DNA of 63,773 bases, the filler included, from Sphacelaria rigidula (taxonomy: Eukaryota), in assembly GCA_964200075.2 (NCBI GenBank). It is 10 parts of 10 records of this genome, joined end to end, with 100 filler letters (N's around TTAATTAATTAA, not from the genome) between each part and the next. Parts side by side here need not be neighbours in the genome. Positions count along the whole stretch, not along the records: positions 6,389 to 12,676 come from CAXNAA020020998.1; positions 12,777 to 19,064 come from CAXNAA020020999.1; positions 19,165 to 25,451 come from CAXNAA020021000.1; 7 more parts are not named here. One strand, 5' to 3'. Positions within the stretch are counted from its first letter, which is position 1; each line of letters starts with the position of its first letter. Under the pieces are notes generated by a model. It was given only the letters and a program-made list of their open reading frames with translations. It searched no databases and was not told where the DNA came from. Of this stretch, positions 11,628-23,912 are shown piece by piece. A program made the position numbers and the translations under genes.

Positions 11628-12361
11628 ATCTGTGGGCGGCCGACGAGAGGTCGATATAGTGCCGCTGCGGGATGGCCATTCCGGAATTTTTCTTCCAATA
11701 CATTTTTCGAGTAAAATTGACCAACCCATCCGTGCGTATCGTTCTTTTTTGGCGACAGCGCAAGAAAGTTCAGCGGTCCGCAAACATAGGGAACGAGACA
11801 CACTACAGTACCCGCACGAGTATATATATATATATATATATGAAGTGAGCACATCCGTACACCGACGGAAGCATGTTCATTCCACTGGGGAAGTATAAAA
11901 GAAGAGTAATGGGTGACTAGCCTGCTATTAATAGTATTTTCTGTATCTGTGACGAGAGTGTTTTAGTTTACTCATTTCTCAGACTCCTGCGGGAGTTTTC
12001 CCCCCTTGTTTTTCTAGGCGTTATTCTCCACGTCTCACGGTCCACTTTTCCGAGTCACTTTTTCCCATCTTACCCTGCTGAGAGGTAGCTGCAGTACCTC
12101 TGGGTCTGATTTATGTACGGGAAGAAGATATGTAAAAGTTTTGACCTGCCCCCCGGGGGTACTTGTACGGTAGGGGTCCGCCGTTACTCCGGCTGGTGAT
12201 GAGGACTTTACGCTCCTTATTAGCTCGCAAATTCCAGCCGCCACGCCCCAATGGTCCACAAAAGGTACATCAAAGAGCCAGCAATGGGTACATGGAATAT
12301 ATCCCGAGCGGAAGGTTAAGGGTTCGAATCTCAACATGTATGCTTTTTTTCGCACAAACCT

Positions 12362-12475
12362 GGTTTCCGCCGCTGAAAGCGTGAGAGTGTGAGCAGCAAA
12401 GGAAATGTATGAAAAAATGGCGATGAATTTCGCAAGTAGTGCTGGTCCGATCCGCGATATAAAAATGTTTTGCGG
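12362..12475. repeat. Dispersed repeat shared with 27225-27345 (inverted)
   Basis: GAAAAAATGGCGATGAATTTCGCAAGTAGTGCTGGTCCGATCCGCGATATAAAAAT matches the reverse complement of ATTTTGGTATCGCGGGTCGGATCATCAGCACT...TCGCCATTTTTTTC. Confidence 0.7.
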
Positions 12476-12676
12476 GTACCGAGGAGAAGATAAGGTTGAC
12501 CCCTTGAGCCACGGACTTGTTGCGCTAAGGAAGGGAAAGAGGGATGGGGTACCCCCGCCAGTTTGCCCAAACTGGCGGGGATCGGCACTCACAGAGTTTT
12601 GCGCACCAATTTTTGTTCAGCGGCCAATCTCGAAACCTTGGAGCCAAGCGAATCTGAAAAGCAGACTAGGCTCCTC

Positions 12677-12776
12677 NNNNNNNNNNNNNNNNNNNNNNNN
12701 NNNNNNNNNNNNNNNNNNNNTTAATTAATTAANNNNNNNNNNNNNNNNNNNNNNNNNNNNNNNNNNNNNNNNNNNN
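12677..12776. other. Artificial contig linker
   Basis: Same 100-nt linker. Confidence 0.99.
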
Positions 12777-12806
12777 GGGGGGGGGGGGGGGGCGGGGGGG
12801 CGGCGG

Positions 12807-12839
<33 letters not shown>

Positions 12840-12887
12840 TGGTCCGATGTTCGATGCAACGATGGTGGCGGCAGTATGTATTCCTCA

Positions 12888-13215
12888 GTTGCGAAGACTT
12901 GAGTGCTTCGGTTCCGCAATGTAGCATTATACACGCTGATCCGCAAAACAAAGTGTGCATCCGGTAGCCATTTCTCATGCCGTCGTTGGGACTTGGGAGA
13001 TGAAATGTTACATGCCTACTGCTAAGGGAAAGCCCGAGGTCGTGTCTGCTTACGAACTCATCTCGGGCTTTCCCTCAGAAACACGCATGTGAAATTTCAC
13101 CCCCGAACTTCGAACAACGACGTTGGCAACGGCTACCGGCTGTATTCTCTCGTCGTTTGGCGCATCAGCGTGTATGATGATGGGTGACGGAATCAAGGCG
13201 CAAAAGTTCGTGCAG
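12888..13215. mobile_element. Degenerate foldback MITE
   Basis: Paired arms: ATACACGCTGAT/ATCAGCGTGTAT, CCGGTAGCC/GGCTACCGG, AGGGAAAGCCCGAG/CTCGGGCTTTCCCT around a ~23-nt loop. Confidence 0.8.
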
Positions 13216-14809
13216 CGAACCTCGAAGCGCCGAAGCGGTTGTTATTGCTGTTGCTGTTGTTATTTGTTTCAGATTGCTTAATTCAATTTATTTCGTCATT
13301 TTTTGGGGAAGAGCAGGCTTGTCTAACTGAACGAGACAGCAAAGCGCGACCCTGAATTTCTCGCTCGAGGTTTGAGAGTTGGGTTCTTGAATTTTTGAGG
13401 ACAGGTGCAAATCGACAATTTTCAAGGTTGTCATCGAATTGAAGTAGTTGTCTGTTTTTTGTTTTTGCTCTCCCGGTTAGGTTAATTTTCTGGATTCCCG
13501 AGAAAAAAAATCTGCCCATATTTTCGCAACCAATTAACAAGGACAGCTACTTCATCTTCGACCAGAAAAAATTCCATTTGCACTTCTACAAGTTTTAGAC
13601 TCCAACCCTCAAACGTCGAGCGAGAACTTTAAGATACGTGGATGCCAGAGGGCGAGGGATTTTGACGCATATTCCAGATATTCTCCCTCATTATCCGTTT
13701 GGCCTGTAATTTTTGGGACGGCGACGATTTAGGAGCCGAAAAAGACATCTGTGTTCGCCCGTTTATGCCGACTCAACACCCACCAATTCACATATTTTCA
13801 GCGCAGTCGAGTAAGAAATCGTGTTTTTTTTTTCTTACACTGTACCAAACCACCACTAACGAACGGGTGTACCTCCATGAGGCCGTGTTCGGTGTCCGAA
13901 GATGGTTGGAAATGATGAAAGTGCCTGGATGAGTGGGCGTACTCCAGGTTGATTTTTTTTTTTTTCGTTTTCCTTGACGGAAGGAAGAACCCTGACCCAA
14001 TACTGGACCCCGCAAGCGGGTTCGTGTGCCGATTATCCGAAGGCTCGGGTAGACCGCCTGACGGCAGTCGGTAGGCGATGTGGGGATCGCACCCACTTAG
14101 AACCCGCATCAACTTGGCGCAGTCCAGGCGCCGCCATGCTCTTCAGAGCTTCGTCCTTATGTGGAGGTTGGCCTGTGCGGTTTGCGGGGACCACAGTTGC
14201 TGTTTCTTTTTGTACTGTTTTTTCTTTTTTTGCGCCTTTGGCATTTTGGGGGGGTCAACTGTCGAACTAGTAGGGCCATCCTGTAGTCCGTACAGACTAG
14301 TGCGAAAATGTTGGGAGGAACTCGACACAATACGAGTGTACGTGAGGTGTAAAGGCACGGGCTGAACGCATTGAGTTTTATAATTTTGTGAAGAGGTAAT
14401 TTCTTGACAGACACGTGCGGGACTTTGTCCCCTCTATGTGGTGCTTCCCGCATCAAGCCCGCCCCTACAGGGTGGTCGTACTAGTTGGAGGTTTTATAGG
14501 AGTCATCTTTCGTCGGATACCGGTTGGAATCTTGCCTTTTAAATCACGTATCTTTTACGTATGTTTCATCCAACCAACAATCGCTGCAGGAGAGTTTCCG
14601 TGAGTTTTGAACTCTGCAGCAGAGGGTATGCACCAGTTTTTCATTGACTCCCAACATCTTGGTGGGATCCGGGGTTTGAACCCTGGACCTTGTTCGTGGA
14701 GCGCACGAGCTATCTCATGGTGTCGCCAGTATGGAGAGGTGATTCCTTTTTATGTGGAAACCATCACATCAGCGCTGTATAATGCTGGTTGTGCACTGCA
14801 AAAAATAAC

Positions 14810-14930
14810 CATGATATATTGTCTTTCCCTTGTCCAAAATATTAAATCCAACCAACCATCCAACCATCCATCCTCAAACAATATTTAATTGATTAATTTA
14901 GTAACTAATTAGTTAGTTATATCTATCTAT
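14810..14930. repeat. Dispersed repeat with (CCAA/CCAT)n core, shared with 59160-59270 (inverted)
   Basis: ATATTGTCTTTCCCTTGTCCAA..AAATCCAACCAACCATCCAACCATCCATCCTC.AACAATATTT matches the reverse complement of 59197-59269. Confidence 0.75.
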
Positions 14931-16332
14931 ACTTTTGTTATCAGCCCGTGGTAGACTCTGCTATTTTTTCGCTCGAAAGTCCTGCGCCAAAATAAAACAA
15001 AAAAACTTTGTCTCGGAACAGAATCTGAGCTCTTTAATCCCCTCGCGCACTGTTGCAGCGCCCAACCTCAGATTCAGACGAATGGACTTGCTGATTGTGG
15101 TTTACATAACGTAGGATCCAAGTTTTAGCGCCTTGCAGCGACGATAGCGTGCCTACGACCGTGCCTCTCGCGCTGAGCATCTCCACAAACGATACCGGAA
15201 TGACTATCTCTAGATATCGTCATTATCCAGAGGGTGTGCCGGTACTGATCTATGTTCGTTTGCCAGCAGTGTACCCTCCCAGGTGATCATGATGTAGAAG
15301 TGAGTGCACCACCATGTCCACGTATGTATTCAATTTCAGTAAACAGAATCTTGGCTGCGAGATAGCCGTTTTGAGGGCGTATCGACGGTATATCGGTATT
15401 CGCGTTGTTTCATCTGCTCGTTGGTCGAAAGGAGCTGTTCTCTGGTGCGCATACTGCCTGTGTTGTGTCCAACTACTGCACCAAGTTTCACTGGGGTGAC
15501 TTCACCCACGGTCGAGACATGCACGAGCAAAGTTTCCGTTCAAAAGTGTAGCGATTTTTGTATGCGGGCTAAGTGCGGACAGCCACGAATATAGGGCGGG
15601 CATTCGGGTATATATGATATTTACATATATATATATATATATATGTTTTTTTTATTTTGGCGCAGAACTGTTTATCGCCTTGACCGTGAGAGTAGGTCAT
15701 CTAGCTCATGCATTGACTCTTTGGGTGAAAGTGATGCCGATTCAAAAGATTTACTATGCTGGCTGTCAAAGGAGTTAATGTCAATAGCCTTTCCGATGAC
15801 GAGAAAATATAATGCACCATGAATGTGGGCTTGAAAAAATTCAACACCGTCAGATACATCGCTGTGACAAAGAGGAGGGTTGTGTTCATGTAGAAGATCA
15901 GAAATGCAAGTTGATCAATGTGCATGTTGTTTGTGTTGGAGAGGGTGATGCAATGATGATGATTGAGACTCATGTACGAGCTGAGAATAGATGCAGTACG
16001 TATATTTTACTGTTTTGATACGACAACAGTACTGGATAAAGGTCTCTTGTTCTCAGAATGTACAAGTATGTACGCTTGAATCAATCGATGCTTGCGCTTT
16101 TTTTCGCCGTTTGTATGAAGCGAAGTCGCCAGAGAAGTGAACTTTGTTTCCCCGTCGTGTTGCTCCTCGCCTCGAACTTGCTTCACCGAGATTTTCCGTT
16201 TGTTTCATTACAGTCCCATTGAGTGTGGGGCATAGCGCCCAAAAAACGACACCCCGAATAAAATAGTAAAAAGCGCGGAGGAATGATGAACACGTCATCA
16301 GCTGGCCGGACCTCTGTCGAACAGAACCAGCA

Positions 16333-17120
16333 GGGTTAACGGCGTTGGGCTACCAAATGTTCATGGTTGATATTACTTGATTTGAGTGTGTACAACGAGA
16401 ATCGGATCTTTGGTAGGGCTGACAGTCCTGTGTGCCCCTCGGGTGTGCAGAACGCGTTTTCTAGTGAATCGGCGCCACGGGCGTCGATTTTGGGTCTACC
16501 AAGGGAATGCTACAAACCACCCTTGCCCGAGGGTTCTCGGTATGCGTTGGGTTGGGGTTAGCCTGCTCCTTATAAGGGACGATAATAAAAATCTGGAAAA
16601 GTGCTTTTTTGGAGCTTTCACGTCGTTTTACGCCCCAAAAGAGAGCTAGGCGGACGTTGACACGTTGGAATGACTTGCTCTACTAGTTGAGGCGGTTCCA
16701 GGACATCTTCCCGTTTTCCGGTTGCCGCAGTTTTCATTTTGGCTGATCAAGAATTTTTGTCCCAAAACGGTGGAAAAAATAGTCGAAGTCCAGAGAAAAG
16801 CGGTGATTTTTTCTAGATCTGACCGTTTTTCACCGTTCTTCGACAAATATTCTTGTTTGGCCAAAATGAAAACTGCGGCCACCGGAAAACGGGAAGATGT
16901 CCTGGAACCGCCTCAACTATTAATAGTAGAGCAACTCATTCCAAGGCGTCAAACTCCGCCTAGCTCGCTTTTGGGGCGTAAAACGACGTAAAAGCTCCAA
17001 ACAGGCACTTTTCCATCTTTTTATTCTTGTCTATTAGAAGGAGCGGCCTTAGGGTTAGAGATAGCGATACTTGTAAAAATGTGCCAATCACGAACATTTG
17101 TAGCCCAACGCCGGTTAACC
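16333..17120. mobile_element. TIR element hosting a nested MITE
   Basis: GGTTAACGGCGTTGGGCTACCAAATGTTCATG vs CACGAACATTTGTAGCCCAACGCCGGTTAACC. The same terminus recurs at ~41476-41497. Confidence 0.75.
16561..17048. mobile_element. PIF/Harbinger (Tourist-like) foldback MITE
   Basis: TTA TSD on both sides (16558-16560, 17049-17051); ends GCCTGCTCC / GGAGCGGCC; ~230-bp arms. Related copy at 23211-23706. Confidence 0.88.
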
Positions 17121-18719
17121 AGCCTCAACAGGACACACGCTTCATCCCTGATTACTTGGTTCAGTATGCGACAGCTGTAGCGCTTTCATCGCGCTTTTCT
17201 CGACACAGGAAGCAAGCCGGCCTGTGTCACTTCATAGCTCCCGCGCACACTCAAAAGGTAGAGAATCCCGTACGAGTAGGCGATTTGCTCAATTCGCCAC
17301 AGTGGACCGAACAGCCCTAATAATTGATTATGAAAAACACCCTTTTCAGTACATTTCTTCTGTAGACAGGTGTCGATGTCCACTTTTCCAAAGTATCTGC
17401 ATAGAGTCCAAAATCGGCTTCCATTCACCGACCGGCATAACTGCGTCTTTGGTGCGTGCGTCTGTCGTGTGACCACCGATAGATTTTTGTCGAACGCATT
17501 ATTATAGTGTGCAACGCTGAATGAGTCAAAATATTGAATGAATAAATGAATCACTCAATCTATTAATGCGGGTACGGTCTGGGAAAAAGGTTGTGTCGTA
17601 TGAAAGCTGAAAAAAACCTGTCTGTAGCGGCGGGTGTCGATGTTTTGACGCGAACGCGTTTTTTTCTTGCTTATTTCCATCATGATTCTAGGACACCTCC
17701 CACAGATGGGGGGTAACTCAAAATAGTTATATGTTCGCGCAAAGTGCGATTATGGCCGAACGTTTGAAAATCGCCACTGGGCAAAAATCGAGGACCCACT
17801 CGAAATCAGGGAAAGAACTATCGAATGGGACATGTCCTGTACCACTGTGCTGCAGCACAAACACACTCATGCTCTGTCATGGGTGCTGTAGCTGTCGCTG
17901 TGCTGTGGTGTCTCCAGGCCTTTGTGGTGGCGGTTTGATCTCCGCTGGGGGTGCCTGAGTTGCTTTTTGTGTCTCCATGAAAAGTAATGTTGTCGGCACC
18001 CAGTGCTCTCTCTCTCTCTGCACACCGTTGAAACGTTCAAGGTGTGCTGGCTGTTTCGTCTCGAGTCAAAGGAATAAGGCACTCCCCAAACCCATCATTT
18101 TTATGCTGTAGTTGTCGCTGTGCTGTTGGACATCCAAACACTTGACGACGATCACGGTGCGATGTGCACTGGAGAGTACCTGAGCAGTACAGTCGTACTG
18201 CTGCATGCCGTGTTTCGGGCTGCACAGAATTGGGGTGGGATCAAGGTGCTGTGGAAACAAAAAAAGGTTGAAACAATCGTCACATGACGGCTGTCGAGCT
18301 GTCTGTTGAGTCTTTCCTGATACTTCAGTTATAGTCGGGTGCTGTGATGAGGGAAGACACGCAAGTTGCGTGCGTGCAGGTTGGGACAAACAAACTGAGC
18401 CAGCACGGAGCTGCTGTATCCTCGTTTATTGCCGGTAGCAGCTGTCTGTGTCGCAGCGGCGTAATGTGTGAACCAATCAAAACTGCTTTTCGAATTATCT
18501 CCCTCTCATATATTTCATCTGATTGAAGAAGGGTCGCCGCATTTTGGTGTATTTAAAGACTCTGATTGGTCGAGAAACCTCACCACTCATAAATCTTGCC
18601 CCTATCTGTGGGCCCAGTGCCATGATTCTTACTTCACTTCTTGCTTGCTTCATGTTTGTCGTACTCACTGCGTGTGTATGCACGTGATACTCCTCCTTTC
18701 TCTTTTTGTTGTTGTACAG

Positions 18720-18865
18720 GAGCCAACCACGCGTCGGCCTTTTTCGCTCGTGCAGCTGGCCGATCTAGACGCGTTGGCCGCTAGGGCAGGCGCCAAGGTT
18801 AACGGGTCGTTGGTCACTTCTTATCAGGAGGGCCAAGCCAAGTACCGCGAGCGGCGAGAGCGAAG
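18720..18865 (+). CDS. Isolated internal exon, unknown protein (EPTTRRPFSLVQLADLDALAARAGAKVNGSLVTSYQEGQAKYRERRER)
   Basis: Pyrimidine tract + TACAG acceptor, AG|GTATGT donor, open GC-rich frame. Confidence 0.65.
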
Positions 18866-19064
18866 GTATGTCCTTGTTTACGTGTACACTTCCTCTGTTT
18901 CATAAGTCTGGGCACTTATGGACGTTTAATCGTTTGCGCATTCAAACCTTTCCGATCATCCTATGGTTGGGTTCGTTGGAAAGATGAAACGCCGACGAAG
19001 CTGATGCAAAAAAAAAAGTGAAGAAAAGTCAGTGGTCTATACTAAAATGACGTCAAAATGTGCC

Positions 19065-19164
19065 NNNNNNNNNNNNNNNNNNNNNNNNNNNNNNNNNNNN
19101 NNNNNNNNTTAATTAATTAANNNNNNNNNNNNNNNNNNNNNNNNNNNNNNNNNNNNNNNNNNNN
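19065..19164. other. Artificial contig linker
   Basis: Same 100-nt linker. Confidence 0.99.
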
Positions 19165-19170
19165 GCAAAA

Positions 19171-19224
19171 AGTGGTCAATGGTCAGACGACTAAGGCAAA
19201 CAACAAATGAGTACGCCCCCCCCC
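19171..19224 (-). repeat. Head of the poly-G/CGTACTCATTTG repeat family
   Basis: Reverse complement reads (G)n CGTACTCATTTGTTGTTTGCCTTAGTCGTCTGACCATTGACCAC. Confidence 0.85.
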
Positions 19225-19547
19225 TCCACCCCCGCGCGCGAGCCTTCTACCCTGCAACACTCCCACCTCGCCAGAGTCAGGGCCGAGGCTCCTAAGAGCA
19301 GGGCGGCGCGTGCACGGCGCCAGGTTGATAGGGGGTTTAGTGGGAGCATCCCCCATACTGCTTTGAGCCACCGCTCGAGGCGCCTTCCCCACATGACTGC
19401 CGCGAGGTGGTCTAGCCGAGCCATCGAGTAATCGGCACACGAACTCGCTTGCGGGGTAAGTGTTGTGTTGCGTTTCCTCCTTCCGTCAAGGAAGACAAAC
19501 AAAAAACTCGCCAGAGTCAAGACAACCAACTCGCTTAGCTCACTCAC

Positions 19548-20599
19548 CAGTAGGGACAGCTTGCCAGAATACATGGTACGTAGTGAAACGTCCACGCGGG
19601 CATTGCCAGCCCCCAGCCCTTGGCCACGAGGAGGAACGTGACAGCGACGTCGCCGAATACCCTGGAAAGACTCGTCAGCGCATCAGCCACCAAAACCTCG
19701 GCGAAGTGAACGTCCGTGGCTGGAAAGAATACCCCGGCCAGCGAGGTGAAGAACAGGGCCGTGTGCTCCCTGGAGAATGACGATCGGTGTAAAAACGACC
19801 AACGCCAAAAAAAGAATACACGCGCACGCGCGCGCGCATACACACATACGCACATTACGTACACGTCAGGGCAAAGTGAATTCAATATTTTCCCATGATG
19901 CTAAGTCGCCGTTAAGTCGCCGTTAGGTGTACTTTTGAGCCATGCCCCAGTACCCTCTGCCCCCACCCCCCCCCAAAATAAAAACTATCCCCAAAACTGT
20001 CACGAAGAAAATGGCCATACAGAGCATGATAGCTAGTTGCAGACTTCATGAATTTGGCCGATACGCTCCCGAACATGAGAGTTCCCAGCTGCTCGGTGTG
20101 CTCGACTTTCGTCATTTTCGGTTCACATGCACATTTTGCTCACCCCCCCCACGTGACCCGCCGAACGCATCACGGCGCTCCGCGCTTGGTGACTAATTGC
20201 GAGCTCAATCCGGCGAAAAAACCGGGGTGCTCCGTCCCGGCTTGGCAGGGATACGAGGTCAACGGCCATATGACCACGCCATGCAAGACCAGGAGCACCC
20301 CCCCCTGCGCGTCCCTCCAAAACAGGGTTTACTATGTAGCAGATAACCCCACACTGCTCACCTGATGGACGGCGCCTGAAGTGGCACCAGTAGTGCACCT
20401 CCAAGGATAAAGTAAAACCCTCCCACCGCTACCGTAGGGGGTACCATGAGCATCTGGGACCCGTATACACACGCCAACAGCACTCCTAGAAACCCCGCGG
20501 CGGCCGAAACCACCTGTCTCCAGGTGGGAGGCGTGGGTACTCGTGGCGGCTTTTCTTTACCGGCCACGTCATCCTCCGGAGCAGTCGCTACACGAGGTC
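19548..20599 (-). CDS. EXS-domain (ERD1/XPR1/PHO1 family) membrane protein, two internal exons (20599-20362, 19769-19548)
   Basis: Phase-2 junction AG|G gives ...GFYFILGGALLVPLQAPSIREHTALFFTSLAGVFFPATDVHFAEVLVADALTSLSRVFGD...PCILASCPYW, matching the EXS motif V.F.D..LAD.LTS...F.D...P.....PYW. Donors GTGAGC and GTGAGT. Confidence 0.85.
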
Positions 20600-20797
20600 C
20601 TGCTCCAAAAATGATGGAATACGACGAGAGGGTTCCAAGAGTGGTGTGAAAAAATGTGAAGAAAAAAAAAAGTAGATGGAGAAAAGAAGAAAAAAAAAAA
20701 ACAGGAAGAAACAAGAGAGTCGCAAGGATTAGAAGGAAAAAAAAGTGTCGTGAACACTTACTCAGTTACCTCCTTGACCAGACCTTACGCAACTGTA

Positions 20798-22767
20798 CTG
20801 TTATGGGTAGGAATTGGGACCCTGACGACCAAAAATCGGCACAATATTTAAAATAAGAAATATCGCGCAGGAATAATGAACACGTCAGTAGGTGGTCGGA
20901 CCTGTGCCGAGGCCCTCACAAACTGAACATAAGCTTCATCACTTATTAAGTTGGTGTAGTATGGGAAAGCTGTAGCACTGGCGATCGCGCAGTTCTCGAC
21001 ACAGGAAGCAAGTCGGTCCACGGCACTTGACAGCACCCCGCACACACACAAGATCTAGGGGGCCTAGTTTGATATTTTGCTGGCGTCGCATCAGCGGCAC
21101 GAAAATCCCCTCCCAGAGCAGAAAACACCTTATTTTAGTATGTTTATGTCATTTGCGAGGCAGCATCATGCGCAAACGCAAAAACCAAACTAGGCGATAT
21201 AGCTTGGGTGTGTGGGAAGCGCACGCAAGAAACCGCAGTCCAATCCCTCGCTTCTTTGCCGAGTTTAGCGGTGCGCGATCGGCACTTTTGGGTTGAGGAT
21301 CGGTAGCGTCTTTCGAGGTCGAAGATGGCAAATTCAAAAAAATCGATGCGCATACAGTACTCGTACTACTTTTCCTCCCGCAAGCAAGTTGTGACAACAT
21401 GCACTTGGGTTGCGTGCCCCCAAGCGCTGCTTTGTTCTGAGCGGCTGTGCACAAAGGGCAAACTCGCCTTTCAGCGGCGAGTATCCTTTGAAGTGTCGAA
21501 TTACAGAGGGAGAGTTGACAGAAGAAAGACAAAGCTGGCGGCTGCTTCATGTCAGGGCTCCAGTGCAGAACCCAAGGCGTCGAGAGCGATTTTAGTACGA
21601 GTATGTGCGTTACACCTGCCGGTGACCGCGGTCATGTATTTAGTAACTATCTGTATATATTATTTATAGTATCAGAATGAGATGCAGACTCTGCGATGTT
21701 CTACGAGCTTCGTTTTGGGCTGCGCGTATTTTTTCTTGCGGCGAGCAGTGTGTGACGGATGGCATTTCACTTTGTGCCATGCCACCAGGTGCTCCTTTGT
21801 TCTGTACGGCTGTGCACGAAGGGCAAATTCGCCATTCAACAGCGAGTGCCCTCCATGTATTGAGATGCAGAGAGCGAGGTCACACACGAACTTCGGCTGT
21901 TGTGTCTGAGGGTTCCAGCGGAGAAGCCAAGGCGCGAAGGGTGATTTTGATTTCAGACTGCGCACCATGTATGCCTAGGTCGGCAGAGCCACGATGTTTC
22001 AAGTGACTGCCTGTACATACTGAAAATAGGGGAAAAAATGACGTTGAAGATGTTGGTCTGGACAGAGAGCACCAGACCGTGCCCAAGCGACTGAAAATAT
22101 GGGATTCCTTCCACTCATGCCATGACCCAGACCCCATGGGGCCCATGGGGCCCATGAGAAATTCACTCTCCAATTCTGCAGTCATAGCTGTGTGTAGGAC
22201 ATGCAGCGCGTAGCCAATCCGCACAGCATGAACCTCTTAATCGTCAACATCATCAGCATCGTTCTCAGTAGTTTTCGGCTGCGCGACGCTGCTGCTCATG
22301 ATCTCAAATCTCCGTACTTTCTCGTTCTAGCACCATGTCAGGCACGCCTTTCACTGCAGTTACGTTGGTGTGTAGCGGCCACAACAGCTGCTGTTCGTGC
22401 TCTTGTTTCGTCATCTTCGCAATGACGGTAAACGTAGGGTGGCAGCTCGCGGGCGTGTGCTTCCCGACTGGTACAGACAGGAGCAGGACACTATTGGCTA
22501 GTGCAACAAGATCATCCATCTACTGATGTGGAGCGAGCTTTCCGGAGGAACAAAATCACCTCAACACCAACCACTTCAAGGCTTGAATAAATGTACTAGA
22601 AATACACTTCATTTCTTATGAGCCAAATCGTCATCCGTAGGTGACGAGTGTATTTTCCATTAATAAGATTCGTTGGATTACGAACCACTTCTGACGCATG
22701 TAGCTTTCACCATGCACTTTCCATGAATATGGTACCCAAAATCGGCCCCCATTCCTACCCATAACTG
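20798..22767. mobile_element. ~2-kb non-autonomous TIR element with an internal duplication
   Basis: CTGTTATGGGTAGGAATTGGG vs CCCATTCCTACCCATAACTG; flanks ACTGTA / TCTGTA; internal direct repeat ~21400-21590 vs ~21768-21947. Confidence 0.55.
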
Positions 22768-23210
22768 TCTGTAGCGCGTGTTTGTATTTCAGCTGTGTTT
22801 GCTCATGTATATATATAGAATATGTACTACATATATATACCGCACTGTAATGTTTTCGTAGATTATGAGACGCTGTTTGTTTTCACATAATAAAACGATT
22901 TGATGGCGAGCAGTAGTGGCGCCTGATAGTACGGTTTACGTGAAATCATCGTCGAATTATCGCGGTCGAAAAATACTCGATATGTTATTTGAGGACCATC
23001 GTCGTTCTAGACCTTCAATGGGCTGACAGTCCGGAACGCTCCGATCATGCCCAGCACGCGCCGTTGCTGTCGCATGGGCGCTCAGGAGGCATTCATTTGA
23101 ACCTGCACACCAACGCACTTGTTTGCTAGTTCTTCTCCCTTTCGTTCCTTTCATTCCCTTCCCTTATCTTACTTGATTTCGTTTTTTGTTGTTTTGATTG
23201 TCAGTTCACA

Positions 23211-23706
23211 GGTCGCTCCTTATGGCAGACAAGAATAAAAATCTGGACAAGTGTACCTTTTCCAAGATCCTGCGCCGTGCTACGCCGTAAAAGAGAGCTA
23301 TGATGGGCGAATTTTGACAGCTTGGAATGAATGTCTTTGCTGTACTCGTTGCGACGGTTCCAGCACACCCGCGTGTTTTCCCGGTAGCCGCAGTTTTTTT
23401 TTGTATCCAACTTGCATTTTTCTCGAAGACCGGTCGAGTGGAGACAAATCTCCGAAAGTGTTCCTGAACTTGACCGGTCTCCGAGAAAACTGCAAGTTCG
23501 ATACAAGAAAAAAAACTGCGGCTACCGGGAAAACACGCGGGTGTGCTGGAACCGTCGCAACGAGTACAGCAAAGACATTCATTCGAACGCGTCAAAATCC
23601 GCCCATCATAGCTCTCTTTCACGGCGTAAAATGACGTACATTTAAGCTCCAAAAAGGCACTTCTCCAGATATAGATATATATTGTTGTCTGCCACAGGGA
23701 GCGGCC
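23211..23706. mobile_element. PIF/Harbinger-like foldback MITE (same family as 16561-17048)
   Basis: GGTCGCTCC...GGAGCGGCC ends; long near-perfect arms (AATGTCTTTGCTGTACTCGTTGCGACGGTTCCAGCACACCCGCGTGTTTTCCCGGTAGCCGCAG and its complement). Confidence 0.88.
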
Positions 23707-23912
23707 TCACTCCGTTCGTTTGTTCTCTCCGTGTTTTTCCACTCCTCTTCTGATTTTCTCTAGCAGCAAACGTTTCTGCTTTGTTCACCTGGGGTATGTC
23801 TCTATCTAATTAGTAGATAATGACCACGGGTGGGTCCGACGGGGATTACTTAACGTGCGACAATCCATCCCTCACTGCAAACGCACAATTTGCTCAAGAA
23901 CCCGTATGCATA

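Noticed and set aside
12777..12838. Poly-Pro ORFs or a G-quadruplex from the poly-G run
   Set aside because: Homopolymer at a contig edge; its length is unreliable.
16547..16560. Telomere
   Set aside because: Only a few degenerate GGGTTA units inside a transposon.
19038..19050. U6 snRNA-like TATACTAAAAT
   Set aside because: The match does not extend to TGGAACGATACAGAGA.
23201..23652. Mirror-image ORFs on both strands
   Set aside because: By-product of the palindromic MITE.
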